Assembly (NCBI GenBank): GCA_046296715.1
Contig: JBKBIN010000007.1
Location: forward strand, 1 to 64,000
From: Candidatus Ratteibacteria bacterium
GTDB lineage: Bacteria; Ratteibacteria; UBA8468; B48-G9; JAFGKM01
Length of the DNA: 64,000 bases
Reading direction: 5' to 3'
Shown here: positions 42,978 to 52,347 of the stretch, piece by piece
Layout: each line of letters begins with the position of its first letter
Position numbering within the stretch: the first letter of the stretch is position 1
The notes under the pieces: model-generated
What the model was told of the DNA's origin: nothing
Databases searched by the model: none
Seen by the model: only the letters and a program-made list of their open reading frames with translations
Program-made: the position numbers and the translations under genes

Positions 42978-44138
42978 ATGGCTATGTGGATAGGAATAAA
43001 CAGAAAAGCACGCGTTTGTTATGGATTTGATGATATTTCTCTTGTTCCAGGAACATTAACTATAAATCCTGAAGAAGTTGATATAAGTACCCAAATAGGC
43101 CCTTTTAAACTTGATATCCCAGTATTTGCTGCTGCAATGGATGGAGTAGTTGATCCTAAATTTGCAGTTCTTTTCGGTAAGATGGGTGGAGTTGCAGTTT
43201 TAAATCTTATGGGAATTTATACAAGGTATAAAGATCCTTATTCAGTAATTGAAAAAATAATTTCTTCTTCTCCTGAAGAATCTACACAGATTATTCAGAA
43301 TGTTTATAAAGAGCCAGTTAGGGAAGATTTAATAGAAGAAAGGATAGCAGAGATAAAAAAGGGGAAAGTTATTTGTGCAGTTAGTTGTATTCCCCAATAT
43401 GCTGAAAGATATCTTGAAATTTGCCAAAGTAGTGGTGTTGATATTTTTGTTGTTCAGGCAACTGTCATTACTACAAAACATATTTCAACAAAATATAAAC
43501 CACTTGATTTAAATTCTTTTTGCAAAAAAGCACGTATTCCAGTTTTAGTTGGTAATTGTGTTACTTTTGATGTTGCGTATGAACTTATGGAAACAGGAAT
43601 TTCTGGTTTGCTTGTTGGAATTGGTCCTGGTGCTGCCTGTACAACAAGAGAGGTTCTTGGAATTGGAGTTCCACAGGTCACCGCAACTGCTGATTGTGCC
43701 GCTGCAAGGGATTTTTATTTTAAAAAGACAGGAAGATATGTTCCAATAATAACAGATGGTGGAATGGTTACAAGTGGAGATATTTGTAAGGCATTTGCAT
43801 GTGGTGCTGATGCTGTTATGATTGGTTCAGGACTTGTTAAAGCAGAAGAATCACCAGGAAAAGGGTATCACTGGGGTATGGCAACAAGTGATGAGAATTT
43901 GCCGAGAGGGACAAGAATAAAAGTTGGCACAACTGGGACTTTAAAAGAAATTTTGTTTGGACCTGCAAAGGTTGATGATGGTAGTCAAAATTTAATGGGT
44001 GCACTTAAATTATCAATGGCATCTCTTGGTGCAAAAAATATAAAGGAAATGCAACTTGTTGAAATTGCTATTGCTCCAAGTGTTAAAACAGAAGGGAAAA
44101 TTTATCAAACAGTTAAAAAAATTCAGAAAGAAAAATGA
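42978..44138 (+). CDS. guaB: IMP dehydrogenase-family protein, GuaB3 type (no CBS domains)
   Basis: YGFDDISLVP, AAMDGV, GIGPGAACTTR, ITDGG and HWGMAT. Confidence 0.85.
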   Translation: MAMWIGINRKARVCYGFDDISLVPGTLTINPEEVDISTQIGPFKLDIPVFAAAMDGVVDPKFAVLFGKMGGVAVLNLMGIYTRYKDPYSVIEKIISSSPEESTQIIQNVYKEPVREDLIEERIAEIKKGKVICAVSCIPQYAERYLEICQSSGVDIFVVQATVITTKHISTKYKPLDLNSFCKKARIPVLVGNCVTFDVAYELMETGISGLLVGIGPGAACTTREVLGIGVPQVTATADCAAARDFYFKKTGRYVPIITDGGMVTSGDICKAFACGADAVMIGSGLVKAEESPGKGYHWGMATSDENLPRGTRIKVGTTGTLKEILFGPAKVDDGSQNLMGALKLSMASLGAKNIKEMQLVEIAIAPSVKTEGKIYQTVKKIQKEK

Positions 44139-47100
44139 AAAAGTTTGTTCATCTTCATTTACATACTGAATATAGTTTACTTGATGGAATGTGTAGGATT
44201 GAAGAAGTTGTTCCTCTTGCCCATAAATTTGGTATGAATTCACTTGCAATTACAGACCATGGGACAATGGCAGGTGTTATAAAGTTTTATACAAAATCTA
44301 TTGAGAATGGAATTAAACCAATAATTGGGATTGAAATGTATATTGCTCCGAAATCGCGATTTGAAAGAAAGACAGATGAACAAAGGTCTTCTTTTCATTT
44401 AACTTTACTTGCAAAAGATATAGATGGATATAAAAATTTGATGAAACTTTCTACTATTTCATATCTTGAGGGAGTTTATTATAAACCAAGAATAGATAAA
44501 GAAGTTCTTTCAAAATATTCTAAAGGAATTATTGGACTTTCAGGATGCCTTCAGGGAGAGATAGCATGGTATCTTAAAAATGATAATTTTCAAAAGGCAA
44601 TTGAAACAGCAGGAACTTATTCTGAAATTTTAGGGAAAGACAATTTTTATATTGAATTAATGCTTTTAAATTTACAAGAAGAAAAAAAAATTATACCACT
44701 TTTAATTGAGATAAGTAAAAAAACAGGGCTAAAGCTTGTTGCTACTAATGATTGTCATTATATTCATAAAATTGATAAACTTGCACATGAAGTTTTGTTA
44801 TGTATTCAAACTCGTTCAAAACTTGATGATCCTAATAGATTTAAATTTCAAACAGACCAGATTTATTTTAAAAGACCTGAAGAAATGATAGAGACATTTA
44901 AAGATATACCAGAAGCAATTAATACAACATTAGAAATAAGTGAAAAATGCAATCTTACTTTTGACTTTAATAAATACTTCCTTCCAAAGTTTGAACCGCC
45001 ATCAAAAAAAACAGTTGAGGAGTTTTTTGAAGAGTTGATTAAAAAAGGTTTAAAAGAAAAATTTGGGATTGAAATAGATAATTTAGACGAAAAGAGTGAT
45101 AATGATATTGTAAAAAGAGTATCTTATGAGTTTAAAGTTATAAAACAAATGGGATTTTGTGGATATTTTTTGATAATAAATGACATTGTAAATTATGCAA
45201 AAAATAAAGGCATAAGAGTTGGTCCTGGGAGAGGATCTGCTGCTGGTAGTTTAATTGCTTATTTACTTGATATTACTCAAATAAATCCCATTCCTTATAA
45301 CCTAATTTTTGAAAGATTTTTAAATCCTGAAAGAATAAGTCTGCCAGATATAGACATTGATTTCTGTGATAGGAGAAGGGGAGAGGTTATTGAATATATT
45401 AAGAAAAAATATGGAGAGAATAATGTATGCCAAATAGGAACATACGGTACTATGCAAGCAAGAGCAGTTGTTAAAGATGTAGGAAGAGTTCTTAATTTTA
45501 CATTTGCTGAAGCAGATAGAATTTCAAAATTGATTTCATATGAACATCAATCATTAAAAGAAGAAATAGAATTAAATCCAGAATTAAAACTCATGAAAGA
45601 GAATGACGAGAGAATAAAACAATTATTTGACATATCAACAAAACTTGAAGGGCTTGCAAGACATTCTTCAATTCATCCTGCTGGTATTGTGATAACAGAA
45701 AATGATGTGAGTGAATATGTTCCTCTTTTTAAAGGTCCTAATGGTGAAATTGCAACTCAATATGAATTTGAATGTATAGAAAAAATTGGACTTTTAAAAA
45801 TAGATATACTTGGACTTAAAACATTATCAGTAATAGAGGATACTATAAAACTTATAAAAGAAAGAAAAGGGATTGAAATTAAAGAATTTCCTTTAGACGA
45901 TGAAAAAACATATCAATTATTATCAAAAGGAGAAACAATAGGTGTTTTTCAACTTGAAAGTGAAGGGATGAGAGCCTTGTTGAAAGAAATACAACCACAA
46001 AAATTTGAGGATATTATAGCGGTTTTAGCTTTATATAGACCAGGACCTATGAAAAGCGGAATGGTTAGGGAATATATAGAAAGAAAAAAAGATCCATCAA
46101 AAATCAAATATGATGTTGAAATTTTAAGAAAAATTCTTGAGCCAACTTATGGCGTAATAATATATCAAGAACAGGTAATGCAAATAGCAAATGAACTTGC
46201 AAATTTTACAATGGGAGAAGCAGATGTTTTAAGACGTGCTATGGGTAAGAAAATTCCTTCTGAGATGGAAAAAATGAGAGAAAAATTTGTTAAAGGTGCT
46301 ATGTTAAATGGAGTTAAAAAAGAAGTTGCAGAAAAAATCTTTGATGATATATCAAATTTTGCAGGATATGGATTTAATAAATCACATAGTGCTGGCTATG
46401 CTTTGCTTTCATATCAGACCGCCTATTTAAAAGCAAATTATCCTCTTGAATATATGACAGCGCTTTTAAATAGTGAAATTGGGGACCAAGATAAGATTGC
46501 AGAGTATATTGAAGAATGCGAAAGAATGAATATATGGGTTTTACCTCCCTGTCTTTGTGAAAGTGATGAAAATTTTAAAATTTTTGGTAATGATATAATT
46601 TTTGGGCTTGCTGCAATTAAAAATGTTGGTTCTGCTGCTATAAAATCAATTATTGAAAGTAGAAAGGATGGAAATTTTACTTCTCTTTATGATTTCTGTG
46701 AAAGGGTCAATTTAAGGAGTGTAAATAAGAAAGTAATTGAAAGCTTAATTAAAGCAGGTGCATTTGATTATCTTGGAATTTATCGTTCACAACTTTTTGC
46801 GATGATAGATGATGCAATTGAACATGGAAGCAAAATTCAAAAACTTAGAGAAGAAAATCATATTGAAATTTTTACATCAAAAGAGATGAAGAAATTAACA
46901 CCTACTTTAAACAAAGAAGCAATTAGTTCTTTACCAGAATGGCCACAGACAAAACTTTTATCTTATGAAAAAGAAATGCTTGGTGTTTATCTTACTGGAC
47001 ACCCAATAGAAAAGTATATCCCTTTAATTAAACTTTATTCAATGCCAATGTCACGGATTGAAAAGATTAAAGATGGAGAAAGTGTTATTTGGGGTGGTGT

Positions 47101-47575
47101 TCTTACTGATATTAAGAGAACAACAACTAAAAAGAAAGCAGAGAAAATGGCTATAGGTGAAATAGAAAATATAGAAGGGAAAATTAAAGGTCTTTTTTAC
47201 CCAAACGTTTTTGCAGAATTTTCAACACTTATTAGAGCAAATAATCTTATTTTTGTAAAAGGAAAATTAAAAAGGGACTCCGATGAAATTAAAATTATTG
47301 TTGATGATGTTGCCAATATAAATAATGTAAAGGAAAAATTTTTGAAGAAAATTGAAATAGATATAAAAATTCCAATAGAACAAAGTCGTTTTGAAAAAAT
47401 TAAAGATTTATTTTTGAAATTCAAAGGAGATTATCCGTTTTTCATAAATATAATATTTGATGGTGATAAAAAGATAAAGATTAAGCCAAAAAGTTTTGGG
47501 ATAGATTTAAATGAGGAATTTCTTGAAGAACTAAAAAAAGTTATTGGAGAGGATTGTGTACATCCATCAATTTAA
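44135..47575 (+). CDS. dnaE: DNA polymerase III alpha subunit
   Basis: HLHLHTEYSLLDG, TDHG, GPGRGSAAGS, PDIDIDF, KIDILGL and YGFNKSHS. Confidence 0.98.
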   Translation: MKKFVHLHLHTEYSLLDGMCRIEEVVPLAHKFGMNSLAITDHGTMAGVIKFYTKSIENGIKPIIGIEMYIAPKSRFERKTDEQRSSFHLTLLAKDIDGYKNLMKLSTISYLEGVYYKPRIDKEVLSKYSKGIIGLSGCLQGEIAWYLKNDNFQKAIETAGTYSEILGKDNFYIELMLLNLQEEKKIIPLLIEISKKTGLKLVATNDCHYIHKIDKLAHEVLLCIQTRSKLDDPNRFKFQTDQIYFKRPEEMIETFKDIPEAINTTLEISEKCNLTFDFNKYFLPKFEPPSKKTVEEFFEELIKKGLKEKFGIEIDNLDEKSDNDIVKRVSYEFKVIKQMGFCGYFLIINDIVNYAKNKGIRVGPGRGSAAGSLIAYLLDITQINPIPYNLIFERFLNPERISLPDIDIDFCDRRRGEVIEYIKKKYGENNVCQIGTYGTMQARAVVKDVGRVLNFTFAEADRISKLISYEHQSLKEEIELNPELKLMKENDERIKQLFDISTKLEGLARHSSIHPAGIVITENDVSEYVPLFKGPNGEIATQYEFECIEKIGLLKIDILGLKTLSVIEDTIKLIKERKGIEIKEFPLDDEKTYQLLSKGETIGVFQLESEGMRALLKEIQPQKFEDIIAVLALYRPGPMKSGMVREYIERKKDPSKIKYDVEILRKILEPTYGVIIYQEQVMQIANELANFTMGEADVLRRAMGKKIPSEMEKMREKFVKGAMLNGVKKEVAEKIFDDISNFAGYGFNKSHSAGYALLSYQTAYLKANYPLEYMTALLNSEIGDQDKIAEYIEECERMNIWVLPPCLCESDENFKIFGNDIIFGLAAIKNVGSAAIKSIIESRKDGNFTSLYDFCERVNLRSVNKKVIESLIKAGAFDYLGIYRSQLFAMIDDAIEHGSKIQKLREENHIEIFTSKEMKKLTPTLNKEAISSLPEWPQTKLLSYEKEMLGVYLTGHPIEKYIPLIKLYSMPMSRIEKIKDGESVIWGGVLTDIKRTTTKKKAEKMAIGEIENIEGKIKGLFYPNVFAEFSTLIRANNLIFVKGKLKRDSDEIKIIVDDVANINNVKEKFLKKIEIDIKIPIEQSRFEKIKDLFLKFKGDYPFFINIIFDGDKKIKIKPKSFGIDLNEEFLEELKKVIGEDCVHPSI

Positions 47576-47577
47576 AA

Positions 47578-48612
47578 ATGAAGAAAATACCTGTAAAACC
47601 ATTCTGGTGGGAGGATAAAATTTACATAATTGACCAAAGATTTTTACCACAAAAAGAAATTATTTTAAAACTGGAAAGTGTAAAAGGTGTTTATGATGCG
47701 ATTAAAGAAATGAAAATAAGAGGAGCACCTTTAATTGGATGTATTGCTGCTTATGGAGTTGTTATTTCATTTCTTGAGAATAAGAATCTTTTAAATGAGA
47801 AACTAAAAGATAGAATTAACAAAGATATCAATTTTTTAAAAACATCAAGACCAACTGCTTATAATCTTTTTTATGCTTTAGATAGGATGGAAAAAGTTGT
47901 TAAAGATTGGGATGGAAAAAATAAAGAACAATTATTTAAAAAATTGTTGAAGGAAGCGGGAAATATTTATAAAGAAGATTTAAATGCTTGTTATAAAATA
48001 GGGATCTATGGAAGCAAACTTATAAAAAATAATATGAATATTTTAACTCACTGTAATGCAGGAGGGCTTGCTACAACTGGCTTTGGCACAGCACTTGCAC
48101 CAATTTATGTAGCAAAACAGAAAGGTAAAAAAATTCATATTTATGTTGATGAAACAAGACCTGTTTTACAGGGAGCAAGATTAACTGCTTGGGAACTTAA
48201 AAAAAACAAAATTCCTTACACAGTTATATGCGATAATATGGCTGGATATTTAATGAGTAAAAAAAAGATAGACATTGTAATTGTTGGAGCAGATAGGATT
48301 GCAAAAAATGGAGATACAGCAAATAAAATTGGAACATACTCTCTTGCAGTTTTAGCAAATTATCATAAAATCCCTTTTTATATAGCTGCTCCTTTTTCTA
48401 CTTTTGATTTTAGTATAGAAACAGGGGAAGAAATAATAATTGAACAAAGGAATGAGGATGAGATAAAAAAAGTAAATGGGAAATATATATGTCCTGAAGA
48501 TACTCAAGTTTTTAATCCTGCATTTGATGTTACACCAAACTATTTGATAACTGGATTTATAACTGAAAAAGGGATTTTAAAAGTAGAAGAGATAAAAAAT
48601 TTGGGCGGTTAG
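47578..48612 (+). CDS. mtnA: S-methyl-5-thioribose-1-phosphate isomerase
   Basis: IDQR.LP, RGAP.IG, SRPTA.NL, THCNAG.LAT, DETRP.LQGARLT, NKIGTY and NPAFDVT; start ATG 47578. Confidence 0.95.
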   Translation: MKKIPVKPFWWEDKIYIIDQRFLPQKEIILKLESVKGVYDAIKEMKIRGAPLIGCIAAYGVVISFLENKNLLNEKLKDRINKDINFLKTSRPTAYNLFYALDRMEKVVKDWDGKNKEQLFKKLLKEAGNIYKEDLNACYKIGIYGSKLIKNNMNILTHCNAGGLATTGFGTALAPIYVAKQKGKKIHIYVDETRPVLQGARLTAWELKKNKIPYTVICDNMAGYLMSKKKIDIVIVGADRIAKNGDTANKIGTYSLAVLANYHKIPFYIAAPFSTFDFSIETGEEIIIEQRNEDEIKKVNGKYICPEDTQVFNPAFDVTPNYLITGFITEKGILKVEEIKNLGG

Positions 48613-48675
48613 CTCAGTGGTTAGAGCGCTTCCTTCACAAGGAAGAGGCCACAGGTTCAAGTCCTGTACCGCCCA
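48603..48675 (+). tRNA. tRNA-Val(CAC)
   Basis: Acceptor GGGCGGT/ACCGCCC, D stem GCTC/GAGC, anticodon stem CTTCC/GGAAG with loop TT-CAC-AA, T arm ACAGG-TTCAAGT-CCTGT; discriminator A then CCT (full CCA not encoded). Confidence 0.95.
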
Positions 48676-48975
48676 CCTAAGGTTTTTTGAAAAACTACAG
48701 CAAGGGGTCAGGAGAATCGTAGTAATCAAATTTGAACCAGGACTTGAAGTGAGGCATGTTTTGGGATTGCGACGAGAAGGAGCAATACCAATGCCGATTG
48801 GCGACCGAAACCTGCTTTTCCAGAATGGAAAAAATTTAATATGCAGGCGAAGACACCAAGTCCTGTACCGCCCACCTAAGAGTTTTTGGAAACTATGGCA
48901 AGGAACTTAGAAAATTGTAGTGAGTAAGATTTTAAGCGACTTGAAGTGAGATAGTTATTATATTGCGATGAAAAT
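48658..48975 (+). repeat. tRNA-linked tandem repeat: 24-bp tRNA 3'-end direct repeat with a ~199-bp unit plus a decayed partial second unit
   Basis: CAAGTCCTGTACCGCCCACCTAAG at 48658-48681 and 48857-48880; GACTTGAAGTGAG at 48741-48753 and 48938-48950; ATTGCGA at 48766 and 48962. Confidence 0.88.
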
Positions 48976-49095
48976 ACGAAAAAATCTTGCCAATTATAAA
49001 TTGGAAAAGGAAGAAGTTTTATATATAAAAATTAATGAAGCATTAGGTAGTTTTTATTTATGGTTTTACATTTCAATTTTTGAAATCATAATTTA

Positions 49096-49293
49096 CTAAG
49101 ATATCTTCCAAATAATTATGTCTTTTTTACCCCAACTATTAGCAATTTTCTGCAAATCAACAAGAATCTTTATTTTCTCCTCAAATGGAAGTTTAGCCTG
49201 TTGTGCATGGGTTTTCTCATACTCTCTATATAACTCTTTTAAAGTAATGACTTTATTCTCCTTTATAAGGATTTTTATATCTTGTTGATTCAT
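49096..49293 (-). CDS. Small hypothetical protein coupled to the nucleotidyltransferase-like gene
   Basis: ATGA overlap with the upstream gene; helical LPFEEKIKILVDLQ segment. Confidence 0.6.
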   Translation of the reverse strand: MNQQDIKILIKENKVITLKELYREYEKTHAQQAKLPFEEKIKILVDLQKIANSWGKKDIIIWKIS

Positions 49294-49790
49294 TTTATTG
49301 AATTGAATTTTTCAGTCAAGTTATATTTCTTTAACAACTCTTTTAATTTATCCATGTTTATTTCTGATTGTTGAAGCAATAAATGTATCTTCAATTTATC
49401 TTTTTCTCTAAATGCTTTTAAAAACATTATAATCAAATATTCAGGTGTTATAACTTTTGTTTTTATCCCTTCAAACTCTATTTCAACAGCATTTTCTACT
49501 GCTTCCTTTGACATCTTTTCTGCTGGTATAAGTTCAACAGGGATGCCTTCAATAATAAGCCATTGTCCTATCCATTCGTTGTAACCTTTTTCTTGAAGAA
49601 AATCATAAATTTTTTTGAGTTCAATAACTTCTTTTTCCGAATATTCTTTTATAGGAATAACAAAAACATCTAAATCACGAGTAAAAAATGGTTCAGTCCA
49701 TCTTAAAGCCGCTATCGCTCCACCAATAGCATAATCTTTTATCAATCCCTTTTCTTTTAATTCGTTTAGAACCTCTAATGTCTTCTTCAT
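49290..49790 (-). CDS. Pol-beta superfamily nucleotidyltransferase-like protein
   Basis: YAIGGAIA...TRDLDVFV (GG plus DxD signature) and C-terminal R.KD. Confidence 0.75.
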   Translation of the reverse strand: MKKTLEVLNELKEKGLIKDYAIGGAIAALRWTEPFFTRDLDVFVIPIKEYSEKEVIELKKIYDFLQEKGYNEWIGQWLIIEGIPVELIPAEKMSKEAVENAVEIEFEGIKTKVITPEYLIIMFLKAFREKDKLKIHLLLQQSEINMDKLKELLKKYNLTEKFNSIK

Positions 49791-50041
49791 CTTATACTAA
49801 TTAAACAAAATATTTAGATACCTCCCTTTCCAGTTTTTTTCTATAAAGCATTTTAAAAATAACACCAATTTTATCAACTAATTTATAATTTAAACATTGA
49901 TTTGTCAAGTCAATGTATAGATTAGTTATCTGCATATTTACTTTTTTATCTAATTTTTGATCAAAAATTTTATTGTGTCTCATTCTTAATGAGTGATGTG
50001 GACGAAGAAAATTATACTTTAATTAACTACTCTTATTGAAA

Positions 50042-50060
50042 TAACACCTCGTAGGTGTTA
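50042..50060. repeat. 19-bp palindrome TAACACCT-CGT-AGGTGTTA, copy 2
   Basis: Identical to 27742-27760; lies 32 nt beyond the phoU stop. Confidence 0.85.
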
Positions 50061-50092
50061 GTTGGAAATATTACCTATTTTTGAAGTTTTAT

Positions 50093-50746
50093 TTATTCTT
50101 CTGCATGATGTTTGATATTTTTCCCTTCTACTATAAATACCACATCTTCACAGAAATTTGTTGCATGGTCTGCCACTCTTTCAAGAGAACGTGCTATTTT
50201 AATAAGTTGCAAAGCCCTTTCAATAGTTGAAGGATCTGATATCATATAGGTAATGAGTTCTCTTACTATTTGATCTCTTAAATTGTCTACTATGTCATCT
50301 CTCATGCATATCTCACGAGCAAGAATAGAATTTTCAGTTATAAACGAATGAATACTATCTTTAAGCATTTTAACACAAATTTCTGCCATACGCGGTATAT
50401 CAATAAGTTTTTTTACATCTGGTTTTGTAATAAGAAAAAGTCCTGCTTGTGCTATATTAACTGCCTCGTCTCCAATTCTTTCAAGATCATTGTTTATTTT
50501 CATAATCATAAGGACAGTTCTTAAATTTTTTGCTTTTGGTTCATATCTTGCAATAAATTCAATACATAATTCTTCTATCTCCATCTCTATATGATTTGCC
50601 TTATTTTCGTCTTCTGTTAATACTTTATTCAATATTTTTTCATCTTTTTCAAGAAGTCCTTCAATACTATCTTCAATCATTCTTGCTGTAAAAGATGCAT
50701 AAGCAATAATATTTTCTTTTAGTTGCTGTAATTCATTTTCTATCAT
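50093..50746 (-). CDS. phoU: Phosphate signalling protein PhoU
   Basis: DLERIGD.A.NIA and LERVADHATN repeats; last gene of the pst operon. Confidence 0.95.
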   Translation of the reverse strand: MIENELQQLKENIIAYASFTARMIEDSIEGLLEKDEKILNKVLTEDENKANHIEMEIEELCIEFIARYEPKAKNLRTVLMIMKINNDLERIGDEAVNIAQAGLFLITKPDVKKLIDIPRMAEICVKMLKDSIHSFITENSILAREICMRDDIVDNLRDQIVRELITYMISDPSTIERALQLIKIARSLERVADHATNFCEDVVFIVEGKNIKHHAEE

Positions 50747-50759
50747 TTTTTAACCTCCT

Positions 50760-51518
50760 TTATCCAAATTTTCCTGTTAAATACTCCTCAGTTATCTTAT
50801 TTTTAGGTGTTGTAAATACTTCCTTTGATGCTCCAAATTCAACAAGCTCTCCAAGATATAAAAAAGCGACATAATCTGAAATCCTTGCTGCTTGAGCAAT
50901 ATTGTGTGTAACTATCAATATTGTAATAGTTTGTTTTAATTCCTCCATCAATTGTTCAATCAAAAGAGTTGATTTTGGATCAAGAGATGATGTAGGTTCG
51001 TCAAGAAGTAATATATCAGGATTCATTGCAAGTGCTCTTGCTATACACAGTCGTTGCTGTTGCCCTCCTGATAAAAATGTTCCTCTTTTATGAAGATTAT
51101 CCTTTACCTCTTCCCACAGGCCTGCTTTTTTAAGTGAAATTTCTACTATATGATCTTTTTCTTCTTTCTTTAATTTAATTCCATTTAATATGAAACCAGA
51201 AAGCACATTTTCATATATACTCATAGTGGGAAATGGATTTGGTCTTTGAAAAACCATTCCTATTTTTCTTCTTACGATTATTGGATTCATTAAATAAATA
51301 TCTTCATTATGAAGTAAAATTTTTCCTGAATGAAAAGCGCCTGGAGAAAATTCATGCATTCTATTTATGCATCTAATAAGAGTAGTTTTGCCACAACCAG
51401 AGGGTCCCATAATTGCAGTAATCTTATTCTGTTCAACAGAAAGATTAATATTTTTTAATATAGTAGATTCTCCAAAACCAGCACTAAAATTTTCAATTTT
51501 TAAAATTGCACTTTCCAT
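50760..51518 (-). CDS. pstB: Phosphate ABC transporter ATPase
   Basis: GPSGCGKT, VFQRPNPFP, LSGGQQQRLCIARALA and YLTGKFG. Confidence 0.96.
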   Translation of the reverse strand: MESAILKIENFSAGFGESTILKNINLSVEQNKITAIMGPSGCGKTTLIRCINRMHEFSPGAFHSGKILLHNEDIYLMNPIIVRRKIGMVFQRPNPFPTMSIYENVLSGFILNGIKLKKEEKDHIVEISLKKAGLWEEVKDNLHKRGTFLSGGQQQRLCIARALAMNPDILLLDEPTSSLDPKSTLLIEQLMEELKQTITILIVTHNIAQAARISDYVAFLYLGELVEFGASKEVFTTPKNKITEEYLTGKFG

Positions 51519-52342
51519 TTTTTTGTAATTATCCTTGAAAGAATATTAAATGTCAAAACAATTATCAAAAGAACCAATGCTGCTGCCCATGCTATTTGAT
51601 GCCACTGCTCATATGGACTTGTAGAATAAAAGTATACAACCAGTGGTATTGCGTTCATTGGTTTGGTAATTTTAAGGTTCATAAATGGATTTCCAAAAGC
51701 AGTAAAAAGAAGTGGTGCTGTTTCACCAGCAATTCTTGATATTGCAATAAGTATACCTGTAATTACACCTTTTAGTCCTGCAGGAAAAATAACCTTCAAT
51801 ATTGTTCTGTAATAAGGAACACCAAGAGCAAATGATGCTTCTTTAAGAGTGTAAGGAACCATAGATAAAGTTTCTTCAGTTGATTTAATAACAATTGGCA
51901 ACATTATGATTGCAAGGGCAACACTTGCAGAAAGAGCAGAAAAAGTTTTCATTGGTTTTACAATCCATAAATATGCTATAATACCTATAACAATTGAAGG
52001 AATACTTGATAGAATCTCAACAGATATCCTAAGAATTTCTGAAAAAATACTTTTCCTGTTTTCTGATAAATAAATTCCAACAAAGATTGCCAGAGGAGTT
52101 GCAATAAAAAAGGCAAAACCAGTTATTATAAATGTTCCAATAATAGCATTTGAAATTCCACCTCCTTGTTCTCCAACAGGTTTTGGTAGATGAATAAAAA
52201 ATCCAATATTTATTGAAGAAAAACCATTTTTGATGATAAAAGCAAGAATCAAAATTAAAGGGACAGAGGCAATAAAAGCAAAAAGTATTATAATTAAGGT
52301 GAAAATATAATCCTTAACAATTCTTTTTCTTAGTTTTTCCAT
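51500..52342 (-). CDS. pstA: Phosphate ABC transporter permease PstA
   Basis: GGGISNAIIGT, IPSIVIG, EASFALG and RIAGETAPLLFT. Confidence 0.95.
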   Translation of the reverse strand: MEKLRKRIVKDYIFTLIIILFAFIASVPLILILAFIIKNGFSSINIGFFIHLPKPVGEQGGGISNAIIGTFIITGFAFFIATPLAIFVGIYLSENRKSIFSEILRISVEILSSIPSIVIGIIAYLWIVKPMKTFSALSASVALAIIMLPIVIKSTEETLSMVPYTLKEASFALGVPYYRTILKVIFPAGLKGVITGILIAISRIAGETAPLLFTAFGNPFMNLKITKPMNAIPLVVYFYSTSPYEQWHQIAWAAALVLLIIVLTFNILSRIITKKWKVQF

Positions 52343-52347
52343 AATTT

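Noticed and set aside
44135..47575. Intein or split in dnaE
   Set aside because: Normal length (1146 aa) with continuous motifs and no intein signature.
48617..48910. 97-aa ORF MVRALPSQGRGHRFKSCTAH...
   Set aside because: It starts inside tRNA-Val, has no RBS and simply reads through the tRNA and repeat unit.
48658..48975. Possible CRISPR array (24-bp direct repeats)
   Set aside because: Only two repeats, which are tRNA sequence; the spacer is 175 bp, the following sequences are homologous to each other, and no cas genes are present.
49801..49983. 60-aa ORF MRHNKIFDQKLDKK...
   Set aside because: No recognisable motif or RBS; AT-rich DNA that probably holds the promoter of the nucleotidyltransferase gene.
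49980..50041. Possible decayed transposase (RAYT-like) 3' end just before the palindrome
   Set aside because: Only ~18 codons (FLMSDVDEENYTLINYSY) with no diagnostic HUH or Tyr motif; cannot be supported without a search.
48603..50090. Prophage or ICE integrated at tRNA-Val
   Set aside because: No integrase, phage or conjugation genes in the window, and the att-like repeats enclose only ~175 bp.
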